Source of the DNA: Epiperipatus broadwayi
Taxonomy: Eukaryota > Animalia > Onychophora
NCBI GenBank assembly: GCA_028023455.1
Contig: JAQFVV010000001.1
Location: 6,882,001 to 6,946,000, forward strand
Length of the DNA: 64,000 nt
Reading direction: 5' to 3'
Under the pieces are notes generated by a model. That model was not told where the DNA came from. It saw nothing but the letters and a program-made list of their open reading frames with translations, and did no database searches. This document shows positions 13,337-26,720 of this stretch, piece by piece. The stretch's first letter is position 1, and the number at the start of each line of letters is the position of its first letter. The position numbers were made by a program, and so were the translations under genes.

Positions 13337-13859
13337 TATCATATCTCACCTTGCCATCAGAAGTAGACTAGCATTCATTGCTGCTAATCAATGTGTAAAG
13401 ATATATAAAACACAGCCAATGGTTAATAGTGACCAATAGGCAATGATGCTCTCAAAATCCGATGGCTGCAAATAAGGTTGGAGATCTGGTAATAAATAGT
13501 TAGCCTTTTTTTGCCATAAGGAGAGAATGTCTGTCTAACCTAAATAACTGAAAACATTCTCAATTGAAACCACTGCTAACAAGTTCATGACAGAACTGAA
13601 GCTAAAAAGATTAGGGCCAATTCAAGGTAAGTTGTCTTACAGCCGGAAGAGTCTTGGCTAAAATTCATGAGGCAAGCTATTACATACAGCTGGATGTGAC
13701 GAGCAACCCAGCTTTAACTAAGTTTATATATGTGGTATTGTGTTTATTGATTGTATATGTAAATATATTTGTTATTAATAAATTATACTAATTAAACTTT
13801 GAGTGCTAATATTTTTTATAACTGTCAGTTTGAGTCTGCAATTCAGACCACACACAACA
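13337..13859 (+). repeat. 5' LTR of the Gypsy element
   Basis: Begins (TA)TCATATCTCACCTTGCCATCAGAAG and ends ...CAATTCAGACCACACACAACA; alignable to 18051-18552. Confidence 0.88.
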
Positions 13860-16800
13860 GAATTATCCTGTCGACTATACCAATTCTGTTATGTTTGTTC
13901 TAAATTGCACACTCAAACACAATAGAACTGATGCATCAGAAAAAAGAAATATTTTTTCCCATGACTGAAAAATAAAAGTAAAGCAAATATGCAGCTAAAG
14001 ACATTCACGGTATTTACAATGCAGTGATTATTAAAATCACTTAGATCTGCTCGAATAAAAAACATTCAACATATCTGAAAGGAAATTAACCACAAACATT
14101 ATAGCATGTCAATTGATGGCTTAAACCAATCATGAGGGCTTTACTCATAACAAAGTGTCAGAAGCTTATCCTAGTAGATTGTTAGCTTTGTCACTAGCGA
14201 TTTTTGAAGTTACAAACAATAGTGGTAAAATTAACAAACTAGCGATAACTCACAATTATTTCTCTCATGAGTTAAAAAGGAAAATAAAACAATAGTGAAT
14301 TTTTCTGGCTCCATAAAAGCTTTTGATCCAGCCCACCCTGAAAGCTGGTCAAGCTATAAGAGCAATTTTATCTACAGGTTAACCAGATCAAGAAGCCTGA
14401 TGTAAAATTAACCACATTAATGACCATAATAAATCATCAAAATAACGAGATCCAGAAGTCTCAATCTATGTAGAAATGCCAGCTGACCTAGGTTTTGACA
14501 AAACATTAGCGATTCTCACAGATTATTTTTTCCCAAAATCTCTGACAATAATGCAAAGATATTATTTCAATTTCTGTGTCCAAGAACAGAGGGGACAAGA
14601 AACAAACATTGGCATAAAAGTGTGAATTCAAAGATTACCTGAATGAGAGCACTTCATGATCATTTTATTTGCGAGAGAAATGATCACAACTTAAGACTTA
14701 AATTATTAATGATGCCAGATTTAGATTTTGAATCAGCTTTGGCTCAAGTAATATTAGCAGAATCAATAATTAGTCAGGCAAAGACATTTAAAAAAAATTA
14801 TTAATTATGATAAGCAAAAAATTGAGCAGAACACTGGGTCGATCAGAGACACTCAGTCAGCTCAGATAATGCAGCAATAATGGGTATAAAGTGTTGCTAT
14901 AGATGCGATGAACAAATGCACAAACATACAAAATGCTCGCATCATTATACTACATGTACTTTTGGCGAGTAGGGCATATAAAAGCTGCTTGTCTGAAATT
15001 GATGATACAGATAGCCAATATAAAAAAGGAAAAACCCATTCCAAAAACACTAAAGCCAATTATAAGAAAAATAAACAATTTACCTTTATAAATCATATAA
15101 AAACCGATCAGTCTGGATTTAAACACAGGATTATGATTAATGATATGCCAGTTACAATGGAACTGTACACAGAGTCTGCAGTGTTCATTGTTTTAAAAAA
15201 AACATGGGCTATCATTAATTAAAATAATAAACATAAGCTGCATCCTAGAAGCAACTCAATCACAGTTTGTCAGGACAATAAAATAAAACTGATGGGCTAA
15301 ACAACAGTTAAAATCACTATGCCTAACAAGATTATATATCTACCACTGGTGGTGGCATCAAGTAATCATAGTAACTTACTAGACCGTGACTGGTTCAGTC
15401 ACTTAGGCTTTGCAGTGACAAAAACCAGATCATAACATTAAACAAATTAAAATCTGATTATTCAGATGTTTTCAATAGAAATGGGTCTGTACTTAGGACA
15501 ACCGATCCATTTATCATTAAATAGAGGTTAACCCCATTAGTTGTCAGTGCAGATCATTTCCACTGGCTTTGAAAACTATAGTGGAAGCAAAGCTCGAAAA
15601 GTGGGAGGCAGCAGGGGTTAGAGCCCATATCATACTCAGAATGGGCCACCCCAATAATACCAATCATCAATGAAAACAGTGATGTGTGTATAAGTGGGGA
15701 TTACCAATGCACAATAAACAAAGCTCTGGCTCCAGATAATTACCCACTACCATCGGACAAACAAATTATATTCACACTGTCAGATGGTAATGTGTTTACA
15801 AAGATTGATTTAAAAACATGCATAATTGCAACTACCTGTGGATAATCAGGCTGCAAGAACATTATCAATAATAACCCATAAAGGTTTATTCAAAATAAAC
15901 CATTTGCCTTTTGGTATATCGGTCACTCCAGGGATATTCCAGAGAATCATGAATCAAGTGGCTGCTGGAATACCAGGCACCCTACCATATTTTCACGATT
16001 TCTTATTAGTGACATGAACACCAGAACAACTGTGGAGTGCCACCAAAAAACTCCTAGACAAATTCAAAGCCTCTGGGATTAAAATAAACTTGGATTAATC
16101 CATGTGTATTTGAAACCACTGAACTGGAGTTTCTTGGTTATAGGATAAATGCAAGTGACATTCACCTAACTCAAAAGAAAGTTATGACAAAAAAGCCATC
16201 CGAAAATATGAAAGAACTTCAGTCCTTCTTAGGACTCATAAATTATTATGAAGGGTATTTATATCATAAAACGAAGGCTGCTAAACAACTATAGAGGCAG
16301 CTGAACAAAAAGGCACTCTGGAAGTGTGACAGTAAGCATGATAAAGTCTTCAAAAAGATGGAAAAGTCAAATATCAGAAACAATGGCACATTTTAACCCA
16401 GAAAAGTGCTGATTTTAACATATGATGCATCACCAGTAGGAACAGGGGGCAGTGTTGTTCCATAAAAATAATGGGGGGACACAAACACCTTTTTTCTTTC
16501 AAAGTGTCTCTCAATGGCTGAGAAAAACTATGCTCAAATTGGTAGAGAGGACCTTGCTTTGATCAATGGCATTAAGAAATTTCATGACTATCTATAAGAA
16601 AGATCATTCATCCTACAAACAGATCACAGACCCCTATTGGGAATATTGCATCTGACAAGTGAATCACTCAACATGCGTCACCATGAATTCTGCAGTGGTT
16701 CAATTTTTTGTCAGGCTATAATTTTATACTGCAGTACATTGAGGAAAAACATATTCCCATGTTGATGCATTAAGTCAATTACTTGCAGAGGCTGTAAACA

Positions 16801-18050
16801 ATCTAACAAGATCAAGTCAATCAATTAACATGATTGAAAATTGATTTGACTTGGAATCAAATACACCACTGAACAATAAGACAATGGCTGTATGGACCAC
16901 TAATGACCCCGGATTCCAAAAGATACAAAAATGGATCCAACACAGTTGGCCAAATAAAAAACCAGATGAGTTGCATTCAGCCTACTGGACATGAAGGCTG
17001 AATCTCTCAACTGAACAAGGCTGCATTACTTGGGAACCAGAGTTGTGTTTCTCCTGGTTGGTGATTCCTAGGTGCTCAATCTCATAATGGGATTCCGGGA
17101 ATAGTCTGAATAAAGATGCTGTAACCTCATCTGTGGTGGCTTATCTGAAATGCTGATACTTGAGGCCAAAGTCCACCACTGCTGGCAGTGCAAAATGAAT
17201 CAAAACATGCCAGCAAAAGACAAACAACTCAGTGGCCTAATACTAAAATGGCCCTGGTCTAGACTCCATGTTGATCATGCAAGTCCATGGAAAGGCAAAC
17301 TGCTGTTGATAGTTACACCAAGTGGCTGCAGGTAGTGGAAGTCCCATCACTGCAGTCCATAGCAACGATAGAAGCTCCTATTTGCAACACATGGCCTTCC
17401 TAAAACAATAGTGTCAGATAATGGCACAACATTTACAGTAAGTGCAATCAAAAACTTTTATATCAATAATGGCATTGAGCTAGTGTATAGCCCACCACTT
17501 CATCCAGAAAGCTATGGCCAGGCAGAGACTAGTTCAAGAGACAAAAAAGGTGATAATCAGGAAGCAGAAACACTCAGAATGCCAGAACACTAGCACAGCA
17601 TTCCACACTAAGTACAGCAAAAGAAAAGATTCCAGCAGAACTGTTATTCGATAGATTATTTGCAAACCAACCTGTCCGTCCTGAAACCTGATTCCAAATA
17701 TGAAAAAAAAAAAAAATAGCAATATAAAAGTACAAATAGGCACTCAGGTGCTATGCAGAATATACAATGGATCCACAAAATGTGAATTTACATAGTAGAA
17801 GTTTAAATAGCAAATGGTTATCAACATCATCGACACCTAACCAATTGAGACTGAATCATACGGAAACTGAAAACAGCAACAAATCAAACAAACATCCAGG
17901 CACAAATATATCAAGCAAAGATGATGACTACTAAACCAGACAGCAACAACCCAATGAACATCCAAGGACAAGAACATCAAGCAAGAACAGCAATAAACTT
18001 GAGAAACCAACAATGCGAATGTCATCTAGCTCATTTTAGCTGGGGGGGGG

Positions 18051-18552
18051 GGTCATACCTCACCTTGCCATCAGAAGTCGACTAGCACAGATTCCTACCT
18101 TATCTAATAGGATTGAGCATTCATTGTCGCTAACCAAATCTATAAACAGATATGTAAAACAGTCAATGGTTAGTATTGACAAATAGGCAGTGATGCTCTC
18201 AGGGTCCAATGGCTGGCAGTTTTTTTGGCATAAAGAGAGAACATCTGTCTAACCTAAATGATTGAATATGCTCTCATTAAACCATTGCTAACAGTGAACA
18301 TTTCTATCACACCAAGTCCACGATAGGAGATAGGACTGGAAGCTGCAAAGACTAGGGCCTACTCGAGGCAAGCTATTACATACAGTAGGAAGAGAGTCCA
18401 GTTATTCGGCACAATCAGCCCAGTCTTAACAAGTTTATATACATGCCATTGTGTTTATTGATTGTTACTAAGAAATTATACTAATTAATCCTTGAGTATA
18501 CATATTTTTTATAACTATCAGTTTGAGTATACAATTCAGACCAAATACAACA
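18051..18552 (+). repeat. 3' LTR of the Gypsy element
   Basis: Follows the poly-G PPT; begins (GG)TCATACCTCACCTTGCCATCAGAAG and ends ...CAATTCAGACCAAATACAACA. Confidence 0.88.
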
Positions 18553-20249
18553 ACTTATATACTGTAACCGGTTGAAGAAAATTGCTCTGATCATTTTCTT
18601 TAAATCTTGATTTTGGCTCATGCTGCCCTTCACTACAGCAACCGACTGGCTCTTCACACAAAGAATTATAATACCAAAGATAGATGAAACATCCACAGTA
18701 CCTTTAAGCAGACGGAGAATATACAAGGTATAACCTACAATCACATTTCCAGGCTGTAGCACTTCTCAACTGCTAGATTCAAACCCCTGCCATTTGAGCA
18801 CTTTATTTGCTTTGCGGGTTAACCTCAGGTGCCAGATAACCACAGGTTATGCACAATCCAGTGCTTGATTTATCTCAAGCTAGCTCCTTTTCTTAATTGT
18901 GGGGGTAAAATCTTTGGCACACTTGCCCAATATGTATATCTATTTATAAATTAGTTTACTAGTGATGCAGTTATGAGAGAGAATCAATCAACAATAATTA
19001 AGCAAACAAATATTTTATTTTACACCCATGCATAATTATAACATAATAAAAAAAAATCACATACGCACACACATTTATAACACAATATACTACTAATTTA
19101 CAAATACAATATTAAAGATTACATTAGCGATAACTATTAGAGTTCATTAAAGTCTTTCATTCACATAAATATGCAAATCTTTAGAATGGGATAATAAGGA
19201 TTATATTTACCTAGGATATTGGATAGCACGTCACACTTTCATGGATAGTTACTTGCTTGTTTCCTAATTTGTCAATTATCAACTGGTTGGTCTTTTCTTT
19301 CCATTGATGGTTTTGGCTTCTTATTGATTTCCAGTTATATTATCAGTAGTTCACAGATTACGAGGCAGCATGAGTTTCAGGTGGAAAACATATAATGGTG
19401 TTGAAGACTGGGATCAAAGGCTAATTACCCACACACTTCTGGCGTTGTTTAGCACTGCATTCTGCTAGGTTAGCCTTCAGTGAAGATAGGTCGATGTACA
19501 AGCATACTGGAAACATGGATAGCTTTTCGTTATCTTCTCTTTAAAGTTTTTTTTATAAGACAGCAGTGTTGAATAATGATTTTACTGTGTCTGAAACAAT
19601 CTGAATGGCATTATTAATAATGCTGATAATGAATGAGTCAATTAATGATGATTTCTCATCTCTCAGTCCTTTTTATATGTTTCTTTCTCATTGTTTCTCT
19701 TTATCGTCCTTCGATCTGGTTTAATTAATTTTATATTTCCTTAATTAATTTTTGAATTCCATTTTAATCTAATTTCTTGCTTAGATTAATCTAATACTTC
19801 CCTTTGTTTCTTTAATTAAATCAAATGACTTTTTTTTTAATAATCAACCAAGCAATTTTTAATGAATTGCAAATTTTAAAAGTTTTCTTGTTACAAATTA
19901 TATTTTTAGTTTAATTTCATTTTCACATTCATTATTTTACTTTTTTGTTTCTTCCTTAAATTTATAAAAAGGAGAGCCCGTTCTAACTTTTATTTAAAAT
20001 TATCCCCCCCCCCCATTTGCTCTTTAATATTAAAAACTTTCTTTTATTTTTCAAAGAAAAGGTAACGCAATACTTTTTTTTTTTCAAGTTTGCATTTCAA
20101 AAAAAAATTTTTTTAAAAACATATAATTTATATTTCATTATTGTCACTTTTCTTTCTTTTGCATCAAGTTGATCATTTATTATTAAATGATTACATATAT
20201 AATGCAGAATATATGTGAATGTAACTCATATATTCATTGGTGGTATAAT

Positions 20250-21000
20250 GAAATAATGCCCAATGGTTAAATCATGAAAAAATTCTTCAAAAATTTAATA
20301 AATATTTAGAATAAATATTTAGAAAAAATTAGATCTTTTTTATATAATAAAAACATTATTGAACAATACAGTAATTTAATGAATGTTGAATGGTTTTCAG
20401 AATTAATGTTTCCATTTAAATGAATTAAATATTAATCTGTATGATGTTAATAAATAGTCATTGACATGTTTGATTAAATCAGAGCATTCAAAGATAAATT
20501 AAAATTTTTTAATCATTATTTCAAATATCTATAAATATTTGCCAAATACAAAAATTTTTTTTGCAGTTATAGAATCTTAAGAGACCCCAAATCAAGATAA
20601 GTTGGCAACAAGGGTTTTCTATTGTATTTCAATTGATAATTAAACAAACTTTATTCAAGACTTAAATAGTTTAGGCAATTTGAAGAAATATCAAAATTTA
20701 TTTTATACCCAGACACAACATCAGCTGATAAAATCACTTTGAAAGTTCTTGAGAATTTGAATTTAGATAACACAGAATTGCAATTAATTGATTTTTAATT
20801 TAATTCTATATGAAACTAAAGTTTATTAACTTGAGAAATGATTTGGAAATAACTGAAAATAATCTGTTATTGGACGTAATTAAAAAAAAAAAAAGTAGAA
20901 GAGGAAATATTAAAAATTTGGAATGCAATTCCCAAAACTTTCAGTTGTTTAAAAATTTATGCATGTGACAATTCATCTTTATAAAATTCTGTAGTAATTG
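20250..21000 (+). mobile_element. Decayed hAT transposase, 3' part (GTF2IRD2-like)
   Basis: AQWLNHEKILQKF (cf. VRWLSRGKVL.RF), HLNELNINL, and an FW..IP..F..LK-like C-terminal motif. Boundaries approximate. Confidence 0.6.
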
Positions 21001-24000
21001 TTTAAATTATTTAAGAAAATTCTGTAATGATTCATTTTTCCACTAATTTTTTCCTTATTAGAAAACTGTTTGGCACATTAGTTATCCAATAAATATTATT
21101 TGAAAATTTTTCACATGCACACTTAAAAAGGTTCATCACTACTGATCTGAATCATTGTTCCATTTTCCCAAAGGTAACAATATTTTATAGAGTTCTTACT
21201 AATACTGATACTGAATATGACATATGCTTCCATTTTCTGTTTGTATATTGCTAACCATGTCTGGCAGTTTTTAAAATAATTAAAATCTGGATTAAAATAT
21301 TTCCTTTATTACAAAAATAAACTTCAATATAACTGACATTTATATGATCAGAACATAGTATTTTTAATTTTACATTCTAATTTTCTGAAATATTTTCAGA
21401 AATTCTTTTTCAATAACTGTAAACTTATTTTAATCTAATGCTTAAATTCTTTACAAATAATTTACTTTTTATAACCTTAATTTAAAAATATTAATTATTG
21501 TAATAAGTGCAAAGACTACATGAAAAGAATGTTTGGTAACCCATAGATAATTATTTATATTTTACTTAAATATCCAATGTCCTTTTTTTTTTTTTATCTT
21601 CTGTTTATTTACTTCCAAGTTCATTTCAAATTGCATTGTTAATATCACTAATCAAAATGTAAACAATAAAAGCAATTATAGAATGTTTGGTCAAATTTTT
21701 TATCTATCTTTGTGTCATTTAAATATTTTAAAGGCTTTCTTTAGATCTAAAATGACAATCAACGCCAAAGAAAATGGAATATTTTTTGATAAAGCATTTT
21801 AAATAAATGATATTCCAAATATCTATACAATTTTCATTAACATCAACAAACAACATTAATTAAAATGTTTAGATTTTCTTCTAAAACTTTGAAAAAATGT
21901 TATATTATATAAATATCAAATAAATATTTTATTAGAATAAATTTTAAAATGAAATAGAAAGTGAAAAAATCTTGAAAGAGTAATGGATAGTAAAATGGTT
22001 TTTGATTAATTAAATATATATATTTTAAAAAAAATTCCCAAAAATAAGCCATCCTTCCTAACTAACATTTAAGATCTTTCAATTTTTTGAAAAACTAAAA
22101 ATGCTACTTAGTGATTGCAGCAAAAAAAGTTTGTTTTTTTTTAATTTCATTTAATCACACTTTAACCATTCAAGAAATATAATTAAGAAATAGTAAAAAT
22201 GTTAAAATTCTATTATTCTTAATTCTATCTAAGTACATATTAAATGATCAACAATAAATATATTAATAAGACAGAATATAATCAGTTGTTCATAATCTAA
22301 TTTGAATATTACAAACTGAACATTCTCTCAACAGAACTTTGTTTCTCTCTCGACTATTTAATGGATATCAGAATTTATAGAACTTCAAAATAATCATCCT
22401 TCAACATTACAATAAAAGATATCAATATAAGACCAATACCAATTTAACATTCACTGATAAACCTAATGCCATTTAAAAATAAAATGAAACAAACCTATCG
22501 ATAAACTACTGAAAGTGGGCATTATTTACTGGTTTTACTTAAATGATTTTTTAGAAGCAACTTGATCAGCATTTATTTAAAGATATCTCATTTATAATGT
22601 TTTTCTAGGATTAATGCCAAATCTAATTCCAAGCAACATCTAAAGCAGCTAAATTATTTAACATTTTCACAACTATCAATGGGAACTATTTCAGAAATAT
22701 TTAAGATTGTTTTAAAGTAGATATGTCCTATATAATCTGGTATTTTTAGCATTAAATAATCATTCAAATGTATCAGAAAAATATATTTATTGCTAATTGA
22801 AGAATAGGCAAAAGTCCTAGAAAGACTTTATGAGAGATATATTGCAATAAATCTTTTAAAGAAATGTTTGATCAGCTTTCTAAATGACTGAAATATTTTT
22901 CTTTAATATATCAAGAGAAAGTAACAATATTTATCTATTTTTGTTTGTCAAGTTCAAATAATAATCTAATATTACTGAATAATTTAAATGAAAAATTTCA
23001 AATAAATTACTAACATAATCATAAATAGTATGCTATTGCTGAATCTTATTTCAGTAATGATTCATAATTTGTTGAAAGTAAGCAGAACTACGATGAATAT
23101 AATAATCTTTAATTCACATCCTGCTCAATATATAAATGACTGATATTACTTTCACTATCTTGTAAAGCTATAAATGTAGAAAGTAGTATTTTATCTTTAT
23201 CCAGAATAATTATTGAATATCATCTTAGATAAATCAAAGATGATTCTCTTCTTTACTTATAAAAAATATTTTTAATATTTTTGCAAGAGTAACATTTACA
23301 TATATGCAAAAAACATCACAAGGAAGAAACACTATTATTAGATTGACAATTTTCTTTCTTAACTTTGGCAATGATATGAGATTCTCTTATGCTATTCTTT
23401 TACTCTTTACAATGAGATGCAACCAATAACACTTTAAATGATTACAGATACTACTGTTCCAGGATGTCAAAAACACAGTAAAATCTGTGATAAAAAAATA
23501 TATATTTTTCGAGAAATATTGTAAATGCATAATATCTTTTATTATGAAAAGAAAAATATGATAGCATGCATGTATTAATGAATTATGAGACATCATTCAC
23601 CACATCAAATTAAAAAAAGGTTATCATTTATTAAGTCTTCCAGCAATGTAAAAATATGTATTTCACATGTTTAAGTATTTTATCTATCAATTTTGATGAC
23701 ATAGCAATGATATAATATCAATTGCAATCGACAACTGAATGATGTGAAATTTTTAGATGATTACCAAGAATATATTCATATACTCCTTTTTTGAAAATGT
23801 ATGTAATAAAATTCAAATTAAATGTCAATTGCATTCTATTAATTACATCAAAAATACACCTATTATTAGAAATCAATTTATTTTCCAAATTAAACTATAT
23901 TATATTTATCAGTAATGTCTTTTGCATATTTTTTTCCCCCTTAGTTTATTGTCTAATAGTAAGTAAAAAATATCATCTCTGAAGTCATCATTTTTTTAGC

Positions 24001-24745
24001 TATTTGTATTTTCTTTTTATTTAAATTCTATATTTCTATAAGAAATTAAATTCTTTAAATTTATCACTTCATTGCTACAAATCTAAACAAACTTATTAAG
24101 TAATGGAATTAAACAATATTCTCTATTTAAAAAAAGTCAGATCAACCAACCCCTGATATCTAAATATTAATGAAATAAAAAAAAGAATTTGTTTCTTAAA
24201 TTTCTTATTACTGCCTTTGGTGGATTTTTCCCCCTTCTTTAGAATAATGTGTAGATGAACAATTAAATGTCTTAAAAATAAATAAGAAAACTTATAAATA
24301 TATTTTTTAATAAAAAGTCATTTGTGAATGAATATTTTTTAAAAAGTATGATAATTTTATTGTAAAAATTAATGGTAACACAATTAGTATATAAAATTCA
24401 TAACTGTAGTAAGTTTAAATATATGTGTATTCTAACATTTACATATGCGTTCTTAAATACTAAAACCTGAGTACATTTGACTTAACATTTTAAATGTAGA
24501 TATTTATTTGTATACTTCAAATATTGATTAATATTATTTAATCAATAAAGCATGTATATATAACTATTTAATCAATAATCTGCATTAAATTTGATTTAAT
24601 TTGACTAACTTGAATGAGATTTTAATTTTACCTTTTCCAAACAGAAACTAATGTTGTTGTTTTTTAAATATATTTACACCATATATATTAAAGTTTAAAT
24701 TTGAAAAAAGGTGTGCTAAAATACATTTCTTATTTATAAATATAG

Positions 24746-24900
24746 GGTATATGAGCACAGACTTTCACATGACCCATCACTCTCCACTCTATCTCATAAC
24801 ACTGATACACCTGTTACAATTATTCTCCAGTGCATTTATAAATATTAATTATCAATGTAAAAAAATACTCATACAGAGTTTAAATATAAAATTTAACAAT
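24746..24900. repeat. Dispersed repeat fragment
   Basis: 24746-24813 matches 49531-49591 (ggtatatgagcacagactttcac...gatacacctg). 24845-24894 resembles the arm of the 9078-9221 hairpin (atacagagtttaaatataaaattt). Confidence 0.7.
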
Positions 24901-25655
24901 TATAATGAGTATGCTTTTGACACTTTCAAATCATACTCGTGGTCAGTTTATAGATATTGTAACAGTAAATAAATATAAACATGGGTTTGAACCCATAACC
25001 AATGATACATATAAAGATGAAAGATAGGTTAGAACCGGGAAACTATAATATCAAAGATATATATATAATTTATAATAATCTATATTTTGAAATCTTCCAG
25101 ATATATACATAAATATTGTCAATAATAATAAGTTGGTTAGTAGAATTTCAATAATAAAATTGTAATAATAATCCGAATCAATGTGATGATGATGATTAAG
25201 ATTTATAATCACATGTACTCCTAATAGTATTTTATTTGTTTTAGGTTTCAATAATAAGACTTCCTCAATAGAGAAAGTTTATTTAAAATACTAGTAATTA
25301 TAATGATCATCATCAATGCAAATTATTACTGTGACATCCCAAGATATTCCCCAGTGGTTTGCATGTTATGTCAAGATTGTGGATGAGTTATAAATGAACA
25401 TAGTTTATAATGCTTGAAGTGAATTACTTAAACCAACAATTCGATTACCAGAGCAATAATTGAACAATTTATTAACAATGGGAAAAAGAAAAAAAAGTCA
25501 GTTGATTACATATATGAATGATTATGAATATCCATAAAATCAAATACATCTTAATAATTAATGTCTTTTCAGTTTTATATTTAGGAGTCTTTTTAATGTT
25601 ATAACATGAATATCTTACCGGTAAATTATTTAAAGTCATAAACCATGGATTTTCA

Positions 25656-26071
25656 ATGTGACAACATGTTGGACTATTTCCATCATCTATCATTAAATGT
25701 TGAATGTATAGAAAATTGTAAACTATTTAAATACAAATAACTTCTTAGTAATAACACACAAATAGACAACACAGGTTAGTAATTACACAATCTTCTTCAG
25801 GTGTTGCTGGCCTGACCAGTGAAATATTAGCATAGAAGTTGATTAGAATGTTAATTTTAAATTCGATATTACTTATGCTAATATTGTCATTAGTCAGGCC
25901 AGCCACACCTGAAAGAAGAGTGGAGAATAATATTATAACATAATTGCTAATCTGTGTTGTCTATTTATGTGTTATTATTGTTTGTATTTAAAAAGTTTAT
26001 TTGGTTTAAAATTTTCTGTACATTCAACATTTAATGATAAATGATGGAAATAGTCCCAACACATTGTCACA
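25656..26071. repeat. ~415-bp imperfect palindrome (~180-200-bp arms, head-to-head)
   Basis: atgtgacaacatgttggactatttccatc...cttcaggtgttgctggcctgac is inverted to gtcaggccagccacacctgaaag...gatggaaatagtcccaacacattgtcacat. Each arm has a CTGAAGAAG...CTA(A)TCTGTG hammerhead-like remnant near the centre. Confidence 0.85.
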
Positions 26072-26229
26072 TCTAATATACCATCATCACAAGCCTTCAA
26101 GTAAATGGATTTTCAGATTTTTTTTTTTTTCTTGTTCATAGTTGCGATCATCTTCATATATTTATTTGACTAATAGATTTCTTCTCCTTACACACAGGAG
26201 ATTTTCCTTCCTTTATTGCCATCATAGAG

Positions 26230-26720
26230 CTATCGCAATTTGGTTCCACAGACTTCAATATTATTTGTTGAATCAGATTGCATACTGAAGATCTTCCGTC
26301 TGATGTGCTACTTTTTCACCTAGCCTTTCATGGTAAATAACTCACTACTGGATGAAAACATTATTATCATGACTGTTACAACTGTAAGAATTGAAAAGCA
26401 ATTTATCAGCTATAAGTGTTGCAAAGAATCTTCTCCATACAGCTTACTTCAATATGGTTTTAAAGTATAACTTGCAATCTGTATTTAGGATAGCTTTCTA
26501 TTGAAAATCAGCTATGGATCAAAATCAACATCAGAATGAACGACTGCATATTGTCTATGAATTTTGAATGGTGTCTTTTTATATCTCTCTGTTATCTTTC
26601 TACTCACTGTTTATGTCAATTGCCAGTGACCAAACTATAATGTAGACCATTAACATATGTTTTCATCACTTGCCAGCAATCGAATCATAATGTAGCCCAT
26701 TCGAAAATCTCAGGCCCCCA
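26230..26720 (-). mobile_element. Decayed Mutator (MULE) transposase fragment
   Basis: Minus-strand KTPFKIHRQYAVVH, DFQ*KAILN and *AVWRR resemble the MULE motifs DGTFK..P..F.QL..IH, DFEKA..NA and Q.VWR. Confidence 0.45.

Larger units (their letters stand above)
13337..18552 (+). mobile_element. Full-length decayed Ty3/Gypsy LTR retrotransposon (gag-PR-RT-RH-IN)
   Basis: Two related LTRs, a G-rich PPT at ~18038-18050 and 5-bp TSD GCTTA/ACTTA. Domains: gag AFDPAHPESW and CYRC...GHIKAAC knuckle, protease-like MELYTESAV, RT THKGLF...LPFGI...IFQRIM, RNase H DASPVG...TDHRPL, integrase PWSRLHVD. Confidence 0.93.

Noticed and set aside
18553-19700. GC-richer island, possibly an LTR or pLTR, with CTGAAGGCTAACCTAGCAGAA on the minus strand at ~19455-19480
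   Set aside because: No definable ends or TSD, and the hammerhead core would need a 2-nt deletion.
21000-24300. Possible decayed MULE transposase on the minus strand (FFITDF...W...C.WL)
   Set aside because: Single weak motif amid many stops; boundaries undefined.
24905-24950. Hammerhead-like CTGACCA...TGAAAGTGTC on the minus strand
   Set aside because: Core and stem II too degenerate to distinguish from chance.
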